Assembly: GCA_050250895.1 (NCBI GenBank)
Contig: JBFWNU010000001.1
Coordinates: forward strand, 1,480,008 to 1,544,007
Reading direction: 5' to 3'
Length of the DNA stretch: 64,000 bases
Source: Vulcanimicrobiota bacterium
Lineage (GTDB): Bacteria; Vulcanimicrobiota; Xenobia; Xenobiales; JADMJV01
The notes beneath the pieces are model-generated. The model was not told the DNA's origin. It saw only the letters and a program-made list of their open reading frames with translations, and searched no databases. The position numbers were made by a program, and so were the translations under genes. How positions within the stretch are numbered: the first letter of the stretch is position 1; every line of letters begins with the position of its first letter. This document shows positions 56,366-64,000 of the stretch, piece by piece.

Positions 56366-57013
56366 CTAGAGCTTACCGGCCATGAACATCTCCATGGCGC
56401 GTCTTTGCTCGGCCAGCAGGCGTTGCACGGTGGGGCGTTTCTTCATCTCGGCAACAAAGGCCTCAAAGTCGGGCAACTCGGCGAGGGGGTTTGCCTCACC
56501 GGAGAGTTCCATGGTCGTGCCCACCAGAGGCAGAGTGGTGATTCCGGCCAGGTCGGCCAGAGTGAACTCTGAGCCGGCCAGGTAGGGTTGAAACTTGACC
56601 ACCCGTTTGAGGGCCTGCATGCCGAAGGCGACGTCTTCCCTGGCTTTGGCAATCTTGGCCGGGTCTTTGGGCTCGCCGAAATAGGCCCCCCCGAAGAGGG
56701 GGCGCACCGGCGCGTCGAGGTTGAAGTGAATGATGCAGTAGATCTGGTCGGCCACAGCAGCCTGATACGGGTCGGCTGGCAAGAGCGGCGGATTGGGGGC
56801 CAGGCGGTCGAGATAGGTCAGAATCGCGCGGCTTTCGGACAGGAAGCCCTGCTCACACTCGATGGCCGGAATCTTGCCGCAGGGAGAGATTCTAAGAAAC
56901 GACTCTTCGCGATTTGGCTTGACGCCCACTTCCTCAAACTCGAGGCCCTTCTCGAGCATGGCCAGCTTGACGATGTTGTAATAGTTGCTGATGGGAAAGC
57001 CGTGGAGTTTCAT
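56366..57013 (-). CDS. Glutathione S-transferase
   Basis: SNYY, SPCGKIPAI, LSES.AI..YL, FTLADL. Confidence 0.92.
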   Translation of the reverse strand: MKLHGFPISNYYNIVKLAMLEKGLEFEEVGVKPNREESFLRISPCGKIPAIECEQGFLSESRAILTYLDRLAPNPPLLPADPYQAAVADQIYCIIHFNLDAPVRPLFGGAYFGEPKDPAKIAKAREDVAFGMQALKRVVKFQPYLAGSEFTLADLAGITTLPLVGTTMELSGEANPLAELPDFEAFVAEMKKRPTVQRLLAEQRRAMEMFMAGKL

Positions 57014-58038
57014 CGAGGAGAATTCCTCCCGGCGCTGCGCGAGACCTCTGCGGCGGGCTTGAAGTCACTCACCTTGAGTTCGAAGATCTGGCGGCCCTCG
57101 TTGGTCAGCATCAGGGTCTCGTTGTCGATGAAACAGAGGCCCTCGGCCTGGCCGGCTCCGTGAAAGACCAATCGGCGGGCTGCCTGTTGGAAGAATTGGT
57201 CTCCCTGGGGCGGGGTATCGAACAGCCAGACCGACTGCACCGGAGCCTCGACCAGCACGGCCAGGCATGATTCGTCGGGAGCCACATCGGCGGCGGTCAC
57301 CCAGCCGCCTAGCTCCTGATTGTCTACCTTGCGGAGTGGGTTGACGCGATCAAAGGTCATTTGATCCAGGCGATAGAGGTTGGCGTCGAGCGCAGGCACC
57401 GAGAGTCGATAAGCCGGTCGATGCTTGGTGATGAAATAGAGATGACCGCGGAACCAGAAACTGGCCTCGCAATCATACTCCCAGGCCGTGCGAGGCGGAA
57501 ACTCGGTCTGGTCCGGATACTCCACGGGAACCCAGCCCAGCACCCTGGTGCGATGCACCGACAGGGGGTTGGGCTCGCGCACCACATAGATGCCGAGGTC
57601 GCGGCGGGCGTTGCCGTTATTGCCCATATCGCAGAGATAGAGGTTGCCATCGCCCAGGGTGATGTCTTCCCAGTCGATGTTGTTGGCCAGGTCGATGGTA
57701 ATGCCGGGGTAAGGCTGCTTCGACTTGTCCCCCGATGGCGGCCCGACGTAGTAGTCTCGGTTTTCAAGCCACTCGGGAATGACCACTCGCCCCCCCCGAT
57801 CCATGGCGAAGACCCGAGCGATATCACCGCTATCGTTGTGAACCCAGAAAAGACCGGGGTAGGTGCGACTGGCGACTACCCCGCTTTGCTCGTTGACCGG
57901 GGCGTGGTCTACGCGGGCGCTGGGGGAGAGCAGCACACCAGATTGGTCGCTGGGCTGACCGAGCACGCCCACGAATACCAGGGCAATCAGTAGCAGAACC
58001 CCCCCGCCCAGGGCCAGGTATCGCCGCCGTCGCGTCAC
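57010..58038 (-). CDS. Membrane-anchored beta-propeller hypothetical protein
   Basis: TM, E.SG...S...PG.FW.HNDSG, DWEDI, D.GNN.N.R, YDCEA, QAEG. Confidence 0.75.
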   Translation of the reverse strand: MTRRRRYLALGGGVLLLIALVFVGVLGQPSDQSGVLLSPSARVDHAPVNEQSGVVASRTYPGLFWVHNDSGDIARVFAMDRGGRVVIPEWLENRDYYVGPPSGDKSKQPYPGITIDLANNIDWEDITLGDGNLYLCDMGNNGNARRDLGIYVVREPNPLSVHRTRVLGWVPVEYPDQTEFPPRTAWEYDCEASFWFRGHLYFITKHRPAYRLSVPALDANLYRLDQMTFDRVNPLRKVDNQELGGWVTAADVAPDESCLAVLVEAPVQSVWLFDTPPQGDQFFQQAARRLVFHGAGQAEGLCFIDNETLMLTNEGRQIFELKVSDFKPAAEVSRSAGRNSPR

Positions 58039-58099
58039 GGCGGCGGAGTTAGACGCAGCTGGGAAGGACTCCTGGCCGACCGGGGCCGAACTGGCGGGC

Positions 58100-58888
58100 A
58101 TGCCTATCCTCCTGCTCTTGCTGTTGCTGCTGTTCGGTTGTGAACAGGGCGATTCCGTCAGTCTCGACACCGGGGCCTCCGGGGTAACCCCGGCCACCCC
58201 CACGCCGGTCCTGCGGTTTCGGGTGGTGAACACCTTTCCCCACAATACTAACGCCTTCACCGAAGGTTTGTTGTTCTCGGGGGGCAACCTCTTCGAGAGC
58301 ACGGGTTTGCGAGGCCAGTCGTCGGTGCGCCGGGTCGATCTGACCACCGGCAACGTCCTCAACCAGACCAACCTGGCGGCCAACTTGTTTGGCGAAGGAT
58401 TGGCCTTGTTCAACAACCAGTTGTTCATGGTGACCCTGGAAGGCAACGGCTTTCTCTTCAACCCGGCCACGCTGGCCCAGCAGGGGGTCTTCACTATTCA
58501 GGGGCAAGGCTGGGGTTTGGCCAGCACTCCGACGGCGCTCATCATGAGCAACGGCAGCAACTTGATCCAGTTCCTCGACCCCAATACCCGGGCTGTTACC
58601 GGCGTGCTGGATGTTCGCGACCAGGGCATTCCCGTCAACGGCCTCAACGAACTCGAATTCGTGGACGGGATGATCCTGGCCAATATCTTTCCCACCGATC
58701 GCATCGCGGCCATCGACCCCTCCAACGGCCGGGTGATGTTCTACGTCAATCTCGACGGCATCATCAATAAGGCGACGCTGGGTCCCGAGGATGTCGCCAA
58801 CGGCATCGCGTTCGACCAGGGTGGGCAACGCCTGTTCGTGACCGGCAAACGGTGGCCCAGCCTCTTCGAGATCCAGATCGTCCCCTAA
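58100..58888 (+). CDS. Glutaminyl-peptide cyclotransferase (type I) lipoprotein
   Basis: FPH...AFTEGL, ESTG, FGEG, GWGL, LNELE, NGIA, TGK.WP. Confidence 0.9.
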   Translation: MPILLLLLLLLFGCEQGDSVSLDTGASGVTPATPTPVLRFRVVNTFPHNTNAFTEGLLFSGGNLFESTGLRGQSSVRRVDLTTGNVLNQTNLAANLFGEGLALFNNQLFMVTLEGNGFLFNPATLAQQGVFTIQGQGWGLASTPTALIMSNGSNLIQFLDPNTRAVTGVLDVRDQGIPVNGLNELEFVDGMILANIFPTDRIAAIDPSNGRVMFYVNLDGIINKATLGPEDVANGIAFDQGGQRLFVTGKRWPSLFEIQIVP

Positions 58889-59048
58889 GGGTCCACCAAT
58901 CCGGCCTTCGGCGCGAAGCGCCGCCGCCGCAAGCTGGAGCCTTGACACGGGGGTGGGCGCAAGCTGGTGTTTTAGCGCGGAGTTCAGCGGAGGACGCAAA
59001 GGCCGCGGAGGGGTTGCAGGCTTGGGGGAGTAGGCTCTCTAGTGATTT

Positions 59049-59232
59049 TTCTGGTTGAGGCCGGTGCGGCTGGAAGGTCTTCCCACCTTCCACCGTAGTT
59101 CAAGACGCCGGCCAGGTGGTGCCGTGTGTGGTAGCGCCGTACTCGGGGGGGATGCTCTTCCTTCCGTGCTTGAGAGTGGTCTCCACCTTGAGCGGGACCG
59201 GGCAAAGCCCTAACCCATAAATTCGCCAGGAC
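59049..59232 (+). ncRNA. Candidate structured ncRNA (possibly 6S RNA)
   Basis: About 184-nt intergenic segment; the ends pair with GU wobbles on the + strand; internal aggtgg/ccacct stem. Confidence 0.35.
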
Positions 59233-59293
59233 GCTCACCTCACGCCCCCCACGACCCTCTCCGTGCCCTCCTGATCTCCGCGGTTTATTTCTC

Positions 59294-59468
59294 CGGCGCT
59301 GCGCGCCGCGCCGCTGGGGGGACTCCAGCGAACGTCCCCCCGGACGCGGCTTGACGGGACCGATGAGAACGAAGGTCCCGTCAAGCTAAACTGCGCGGGT
59401 AGCGGCGTTCCCATCGGTCCCTTCGGCGCTGCGCGCCGCGCCGCTGGGGGGACTCCGGCGAGCGTCCC
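59294..59468. repeat. Two 45-nt direct repeats flanking inverted repeats
   Basis: cggcgctgcgcgccgcgccgctggggggactcc(a/g)gcga(a/g)cgtccc at 59294 and 59424. Confidence 0.85.
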
Positions 59469-59483
59469 GAGAAGGCCAGCCAG

Positions 59484-60641
59484 ATGGAGAGCTTTCGCCA
59501 GCAACTCAGGGCTCGGCTGGAAGGCATCCTGGCTCCCCGCCTGGAGCGCATTGAGCGAGACCAGAGCTGGCAGGCGCAGACCGAGGCCCTGAGCGAACTG
59601 GGAGAGCACGGCTACCTGGCCATGCTGTTCGCAGACTCGTTCCCCGGGGCTGTGCCTGGCCGGGGGTTGGTGGCCACGGCCGTGATGTCCGAAGAGCTGG
59701 CTTATCTCAACTACGCCTTCGAGACCACCGTGGCCAGCACGCTCAGTTGCGCCAAGACCTTCTACGATTACGCCCCGGACGGGCTCAAGCAGCGCTATCT
59801 GCCGGGTATTCTGCGAGGTAGCGAAGTGAGCGCCATCGGCATGACCGAACCCCAGGCGGGCTCGGATGCCGCGGCCATGAAGACCCGCCTCGAGGTCGAC
59901 GGTGATCACTACGTCATCACCGGGTTCAAGCGCTACATCTCGAATGCCGGGGTGGCTTCCAGCTATCTCGTCTATGGGCTCACCGACCCTGCTCAGGGCG
60001 CGGCCAGAGGGATGACGGCCGTGGTGGTTCCGGCCGACACGCCGGGGCTGTCATGTCCACGCACCTATAGCTTCATGGGTCGAAACGGCTCGGTGGTGGG
60101 CGAGGTGAAGCTGGAAGGGTGCCGGGTGCCGGCGACCAACGTGTTGGGCCAGGTCGGCGGGGGCTTCAAGATCATGCTGAGTATGCTCAACTTCGAACGC
60201 ATTCTGGTGGGAGCCTCGAGTCTGGGCGTGGCCCGCAGTGCCTTCGACGAGGCTCGGCGTCACGCCCAACAGCGTCACGCGTTCGGCCAACCGCTGGGTT
60301 CCAAGCAGCTGATTTGGAGCCGCATCGCCGACATGAGTTGGCGCATCGACAGCGCCCGCGCGCTGACCTATGCAGCGGCTCGGTGCTACGATGAGGGCGC
60401 CCGCGGCAAAGCGTTGATGAAAGAGGCGGCCACCGCCAAGCTGGTGGGTTCGGAGGCAGCCGGTTTTTGCGCCGATGCGGCCGTGCAGATTCTGGGCGGC
60501 GACGGACTGACCAAGGAATATGGGCGGGTCGAGCAGATCTATCGCGATGCCCGAGCGCTGACCATTGCGGGTGGAACCAGCGAGATGGTGCGCTATCTGA
60601 TCGCCCGCACGGCTTTGCCCGATATCGCTCTCAACCTGTAA
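59484..60641 (+). CDS. Acyl-CoA dehydrogenase
   Basis: MTEPQAGSD, G.K.YISN, LNFER, R.AFG.PL, QILGG.G, YRDAR..TI.GGTSE. Confidence 0.93.
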   Translation: MESFRQQLRARLEGILAPRLERIERDQSWQAQTEALSELGEHGYLAMLFADSFPGAVPGRGLVATAVMSEELAYLNYAFETTVASTLSCAKTFYDYAPDGLKQRYLPGILRGSEVSAIGMTEPQAGSDAAAMKTRLEVDGDHYVITGFKRYISNAGVASSYLVYGLTDPAQGAARGMTAVVVPADTPGLSCPRTYSFMGRNGSVVGEVKLEGCRVPATNVLGQVGGGFKIMLSMLNFERILVGASSLGVARSAFDEARRHAQQRHAFGQPLGSKQLIWSRIADMSWRIDSARALTYAAARCYDEGARGKALMKEAATAKLVGSEAAGFCADAAVQILGGDGLTKEYGRVEQIYRDARALTIAGGTSEMVRYLIARTALPDIALNL

Positions 60642-60651
60642 GGAGGACGCA

Positions 60652-62229
60652 ATGGCCATCGACATCGCTTCCATTCTGCGGCGGGCTGCCGACCGCTATC
60701 CCCAGCGCGAGGCCCTGGTCTTTGAAGAGAAACGCTTCACCTATGCCGAGTGGAACGAGAGGGTCAATCGCTTCGCTTTTGCCCTCTCTGAGCTGGGCAT
60801 CTGCCCGGGGGACCGGGTGGCCTTTTATTTGACCAACTCGGAAGGGTCGGTGACCACCCACTTCGCCTGCCAGAAGCTGGGGGCGGTATCGGTGCCCATC
60901 AACTTTCGCCTGGGTCGGACCGAACTCGAGCAGATCGTGCGCGACGCGGGAGCCCGGGTACTGGTCTACAGCCAGTTCGCAACCGAGGAGGTGGCGGCCA
61001 TGGCTCGCAATCTGCGCAGCGTCCACGACTTCATCTCGGCGGCCGAGTCAGACCAGGAGGTCCCCGAGGGGCATCATCGCTTCTTTGACCTGATCGACAA
61101 GCAACCCAACCACCGCGAACCCAACCATCGTAACCAGGCCGACACGATTTCGGCGCTGATCTACACCTCCGGCACCACCGGCCGGGCCAAAGGGGTCGTT
61201 CACACTCACGGCAACGACTTCCATATCGCCATGAACTGCGTGATGGAATACAGCCTGCGCCGAGCCGATCGGGCTCTGCATATTGCTCCGCTCTATCACG
61301 TGGGGGGAATGCAGGCCTTCTTCATTCCCCACGCCCTGGTGGGCGGCGCCAACGTGGTGATGGGACGCTACGACTGTCTCAAGACGATGGAGACCATCGA
61401 GCGCGAGAAGATCACCTCACTGTTTGCCGTGCCGGTCCAACTCGAAGAGATGCTCGACCATCCGCGTCGGGGAGAGTTCGATCTGTCGAGCCTGCGCCTC
61501 ATCACCACGGGGGGGGCGGCCTCTACCAGCAACACCCTGCGGCGTGTGGTCGATGAACTTTGTCCAGGAGTTTTCAACGGCTACGGCATGACCGAGGGCA
61601 GTTTGACCCTGTTACTGCATCCCGAAGATGTGGCCGACCGACCCGAGTCGTGCGGTAAGCCCACGCTGATCACCGATGCTCGTGTCATCCGCCATCAAGA
61701 AGGCGTCCCGTCGAACCCTGACGAGGTGGTGCCCACTGGCGAGAAGGGCCAACTGGTGGTGCGTGGGCCTCAGGTGACTCCGGGCTACTGGAACAATACC
61801 GCCGCCACCGTCGACAAACTCAGGCTGGGCTGGCTGCACACCGGCGATGTGTTCAGCCGTGACGAAGACGGCTTCTTCTATTTTCACGGCCGGGTCGACG
61901 ATATGATCGTCAGCGGCGGCGAGAACGTCTATCCGCGCGAGGTGGAGGAGGCCGTGCTCGGCCACGCCGGAGTCGGCTCGGTAGCGGTGGTGGGTTTGCC
62001 CCACCAACGCTGGGGGCAGGCGGTGACGGCGGTGGTGGTGGCCAAAGGCCCTGAGGTGACGGCCGAGAGCGTGCTCGAGTTTTGCCGCCAACAGAGCGGT
62101 CTGGCTCGCTACAAGTGTCCCAAGATGGTGCTGCTGGTCGAGGAGCTACCCCGCAACCCCACCGGCAAGATCCAGCGCTTTCGCCTGGTCGAGCAGTTTC
62201 GCGAGGTGTACGCCGAGGTGATCCGATGA
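60652..62229 (+). CDS. Acyl-CoA synthetase (AMP-forming)
   Basis: YTSGTTGRAKG, GYGMTE, WLHTGD, GGENVYPREVE, PTGK. Confidence 0.93.
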   Translation: MAIDIASILRRAADRYPQREALVFEEKRFTYAEWNERVNRFAFALSELGICPGDRVAFYLTNSEGSVTTHFACQKLGAVSVPINFRLGRTELEQIVRDAGARVLVYSQFATEEVAAMARNLRSVHDFISAAESDQEVPEGHHRFFDLIDKQPNHREPNHRNQADTISALIYTSGTTGRAKGVVHTHGNDFHIAMNCVMEYSLRRADRALHIAPLYHVGGMQAFFIPHALVGGANVVMGRYDCLKTMETIEREKITSLFAVPVQLEEMLDHPRRGEFDLSSLRLITTGGAASTSNTLRRVVDELCPGVFNGYGMTEGSLTLLLHPEDVADRPESCGKPTLITDARVIRHQEGVPSNPDEVVPTGEKGQLVVRGPQVTPGYWNNTAATVDKLRLGWLHTGDVFSRDEDGFFYFHGRVDDMIVSGGENVYPREVEEAVLGHAGVGSVAVVGLPHQRWGQAVTAVVVAKGPEVTAESVLEFCRQQSGLARYKCPKMVLLVEELPRNPTGKIQRFRLVEQFREVYAEVIR

Positions 62230-63107
62230 AGTTGCGAGTGGGCGTGGCCCAGATGGAATGCGAACTGGGCAATCTGGCCAAGAACCTCGAGCGGATGGAA
62301 GAGTTCGTCGCTCAGGCCGAGGCCGACCAGATCGACCTGCTGGTTTTTCCAGAGCTGGCTTTGAGCGGCTATTCGGTGCGCGGACGCTTTCACGAGATGG
62401 CGGTTCGCCTGGACAGTCCCGAGGTCGTCAAGCTGCGCGAACTCTCGCGGCGGGTCGCGATGGCCGTCGGCCTGATCGAAGAGACCCGGGAAATCGAGTT
62501 CTACAACAGCGCGGTGTACTTTGCCGATGGCAAGATTCGCCATGTCCATCGCAAGATCTATCTGCCCACCTATGGCGTCTTCGAAGAGAAGCGCTTCTTT
62601 GCCCAGGGCCGCGACATGCAAGCGTTCGACACGCGCCACGGGCGGATGGCCATGCTGGTTTGCGGCGATTGCTGGCATCTGCCGCTGCCGTATACCGCCG
62701 TTCACGACGGAGCCGACCTGCTGCTGTTTTTGGTGGCCAGTTCTCGCGAGGGACTGGCCGAGTCGGTGGATTCAGCCGCTGGCTGGCATCGACTCAACCA
62801 GACCTACGCCCTTACGATGGGGGCCTTCGTGATCTTTTCCAACCGTGCCGGTAGCGAAGAGGGGCTCAATTTTTACGGAGCTTCCCAGATCATCTTGCCC
62901 AATGGCGAGGTGGCCTGCCAGGCCGCCTTCGACCAGCCCGACCTCATCGCCGCCGACCTGGACATGAGCCAGTTGCGCCGCCAGCGCATCATTTTGCCCT
63001 TTCGGCGCGACGACCACCTCGAAACCACCTTGCGCCTGACCCGAGAAGTCATGGTCCGCAAGAGCGAGCGGCAACGACGCTTCGTGAGCGAATTCGAAGA
63101 GGCCTAG
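62226..63107 (+). CDS. Carbon-nitrogen hydrolase (nitrilase superfamily)
   Basis: FPEL, HRKIYLP, VCGDCWH (E-K-C triad). Confidence 0.9.
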   Translation: MKLRVGVAQMECELGNLAKNLERMEEFVAQAEADQIDLLVFPELALSGYSVRGRFHEMAVRLDSPEVVKLRELSRRVAMAVGLIEETREIEFYNSAVYFADGKIRHVHRKIYLPTYGVFEEKRFFAQGRDMQAFDTRHGRMAMLVCGDCWHLPLPYTAVHDGADLLLFLVASSREGLAESVDSAAGWHRLNQTYALTMGAFVIFSNRAGSEEGLNFYGASQIILPNGEVACQAAFDQPDLIAADLDMSQLRRQRIILPFRRDDHLETTLRLTREVMVRKSERQRRFVSEFEEA

Positions 63108-63134
63108 CGGAGCGCCGTGTGTTATACTCCTGCT

Positions 63135-64000
63135 ATGAACCGGGGCAGGGGCTTTTCGCTAGGTGCAGCTCTGTTGGTGGTGATGATCGTATCGCTACTG
63201 GGAGTCACCATCGCCGGGATGAGCGTGACCCATCAGGGCTTGCTGCTTCATTCCGAGAATTCGACCCGGGCCCGCAACGCGGCGCGATCGCTCATCGAGC
63301 GAGCGATGGCGGGAATCTTCGACGGTAGCCTGGCCCCCGACGCCACCCTGACCGACCAGGGCACCGGCTATGAAGCGGTGCTGACCTTCGATCCGTCCGA
63401 GGCCGATGCCCGCCAGATTCCCGTCTCGATCAACAATCTAGAAGGCTCGAACTCGGTCAAGAATCCCAATAACGGCGGGTTGGTGCCGGCCGCCACCGCC
63501 CGGCTGGTGGCCTGGTCGCGTTATCGTGGGCAGGTTCATCAGGTGGAAGTCTTGCTCTATGTGCCGCCTTATCCTTACGCTCTGGCTTGTGCCGGGCCGC
63601 TGGATGCTCCCACCGGCGTGATTGTGGGCGAACTCATGGATTATGCCGTCAGCGGTCCCCTCGAGAATCTGCCCCTGGCTCCGGCCGATCTCGGTTCGGG
63701 CAGTGTCGCCTCGAATGCGGTGCTGTTGGGCGGGCGTAGTCGCGTCACCGGCAACGTCGAGACCCCCGGTCAGATCGTGCTCCAGGACCAGGCGGTCATC
63801 GACGGTGAGCGGCGGGGAGGTTGGGGTGACGTGCCCATTCCGGCTCTGGACCCTACCGATTATGACCCCCTTACCCGGGGCCTCACCACCCTGCCTTTGC
63901 CGGCGGCGGGCACTCCGCTGACCCAGGTCTATCGCGAGACCGGCGATCGCACCGTCGACTCGCTCGACCTGCAGAACGGCTTTGTCTATATCGAGGGTAA
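63135..64000 (+). CDS. PilX-like prepilin N-terminal domain protein, 3' truncated
   Basis: MNRGRG|FSLGAALLVVMIVSLLG...ARNAA; frame is open to the window end; TG-TATACT just upstream. Confidence 0.7.
   Translation, partial: MNRGRGFSLGAALLVVMIVSLLGVTIAGMSVTHQGLLLHSENSTRARNAARSLIERAMAGIFDGSLAPDATLTDQGTGYEAVLTFDPSEADARQIPVSINNLEGSNSVKNPNNGGLVPAATARLVAWSRYRGQVHQVEVLLYVPPYPYALACAGPLDAPTGVIVGELMDYAVSGPLENLPLAPADLGSGSVASNAVLLGGRSRVTGNVETPGQIVLQDQAVIDGERRGGWGDVPIPALDPTDYDPLTRGLTTLPLPAAGTPLTQVYRETGDRTVDSLDLQNGFVYIEG

Noticed and set aside
59150-59175. SRP RNA-like GGAAGGAAG on the minus strand
   Set aside because: The helix-8 stem around GGAA does not pair and the CAGG/AGCA motif is incomplete
59349-59386. 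Hammerhead ribozyme (CCGATGAG...GAAG)
   Set aside because: Deviates from the CUGANGA/GAAA core and has no stem II

Overview
GC-rich bacterial chromosomal window with about 60 CDS; I saw no rRNA, tRNA, CRISPR array or mobile element. The mix of lineage-specific low-complexity proteins, a Ser/Thr kinase, PilZ/HD-GYP proteins and split CofG/CofH loosely suggests Ca. Eremiobacterota/Vulcanimicrobiota, but that is inference only. Recognisable genes: ribD-cofG-cofH (deazaflavin F0/F420 synthesis) with two PPOX-class proteins, crcB, trxB, folD, grxC, alaS, a cobalamin riboswitch upstream of a BtuF-like lipoprotein, a DtxR regulator, and an acyl-CoA dehydrogenase/ligase/nitrilase operon. Best candidates for undescribed biology: (1) a translationally coupled operon (about 45.5-54.7 kb) pairing a GlmL-like ASKHA ATPase with several membrane proteins and an exported beta-propeller, with no glutamate mutase in the window; (2) a 1261-aa protein with a roughly 800-residue Asp/Glu tract and tandem PilZ domains, next to a small basic paralog of its own N-terminal domain; (3) two tandem Gly/Cys/His-rich small paralogs, each with its own terminator; (4) candidate structured RNAs at about 32.6-32.8, 38.9 and 59.0-59.5 kb. 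All family calls come from reading motifs, not from database searches.
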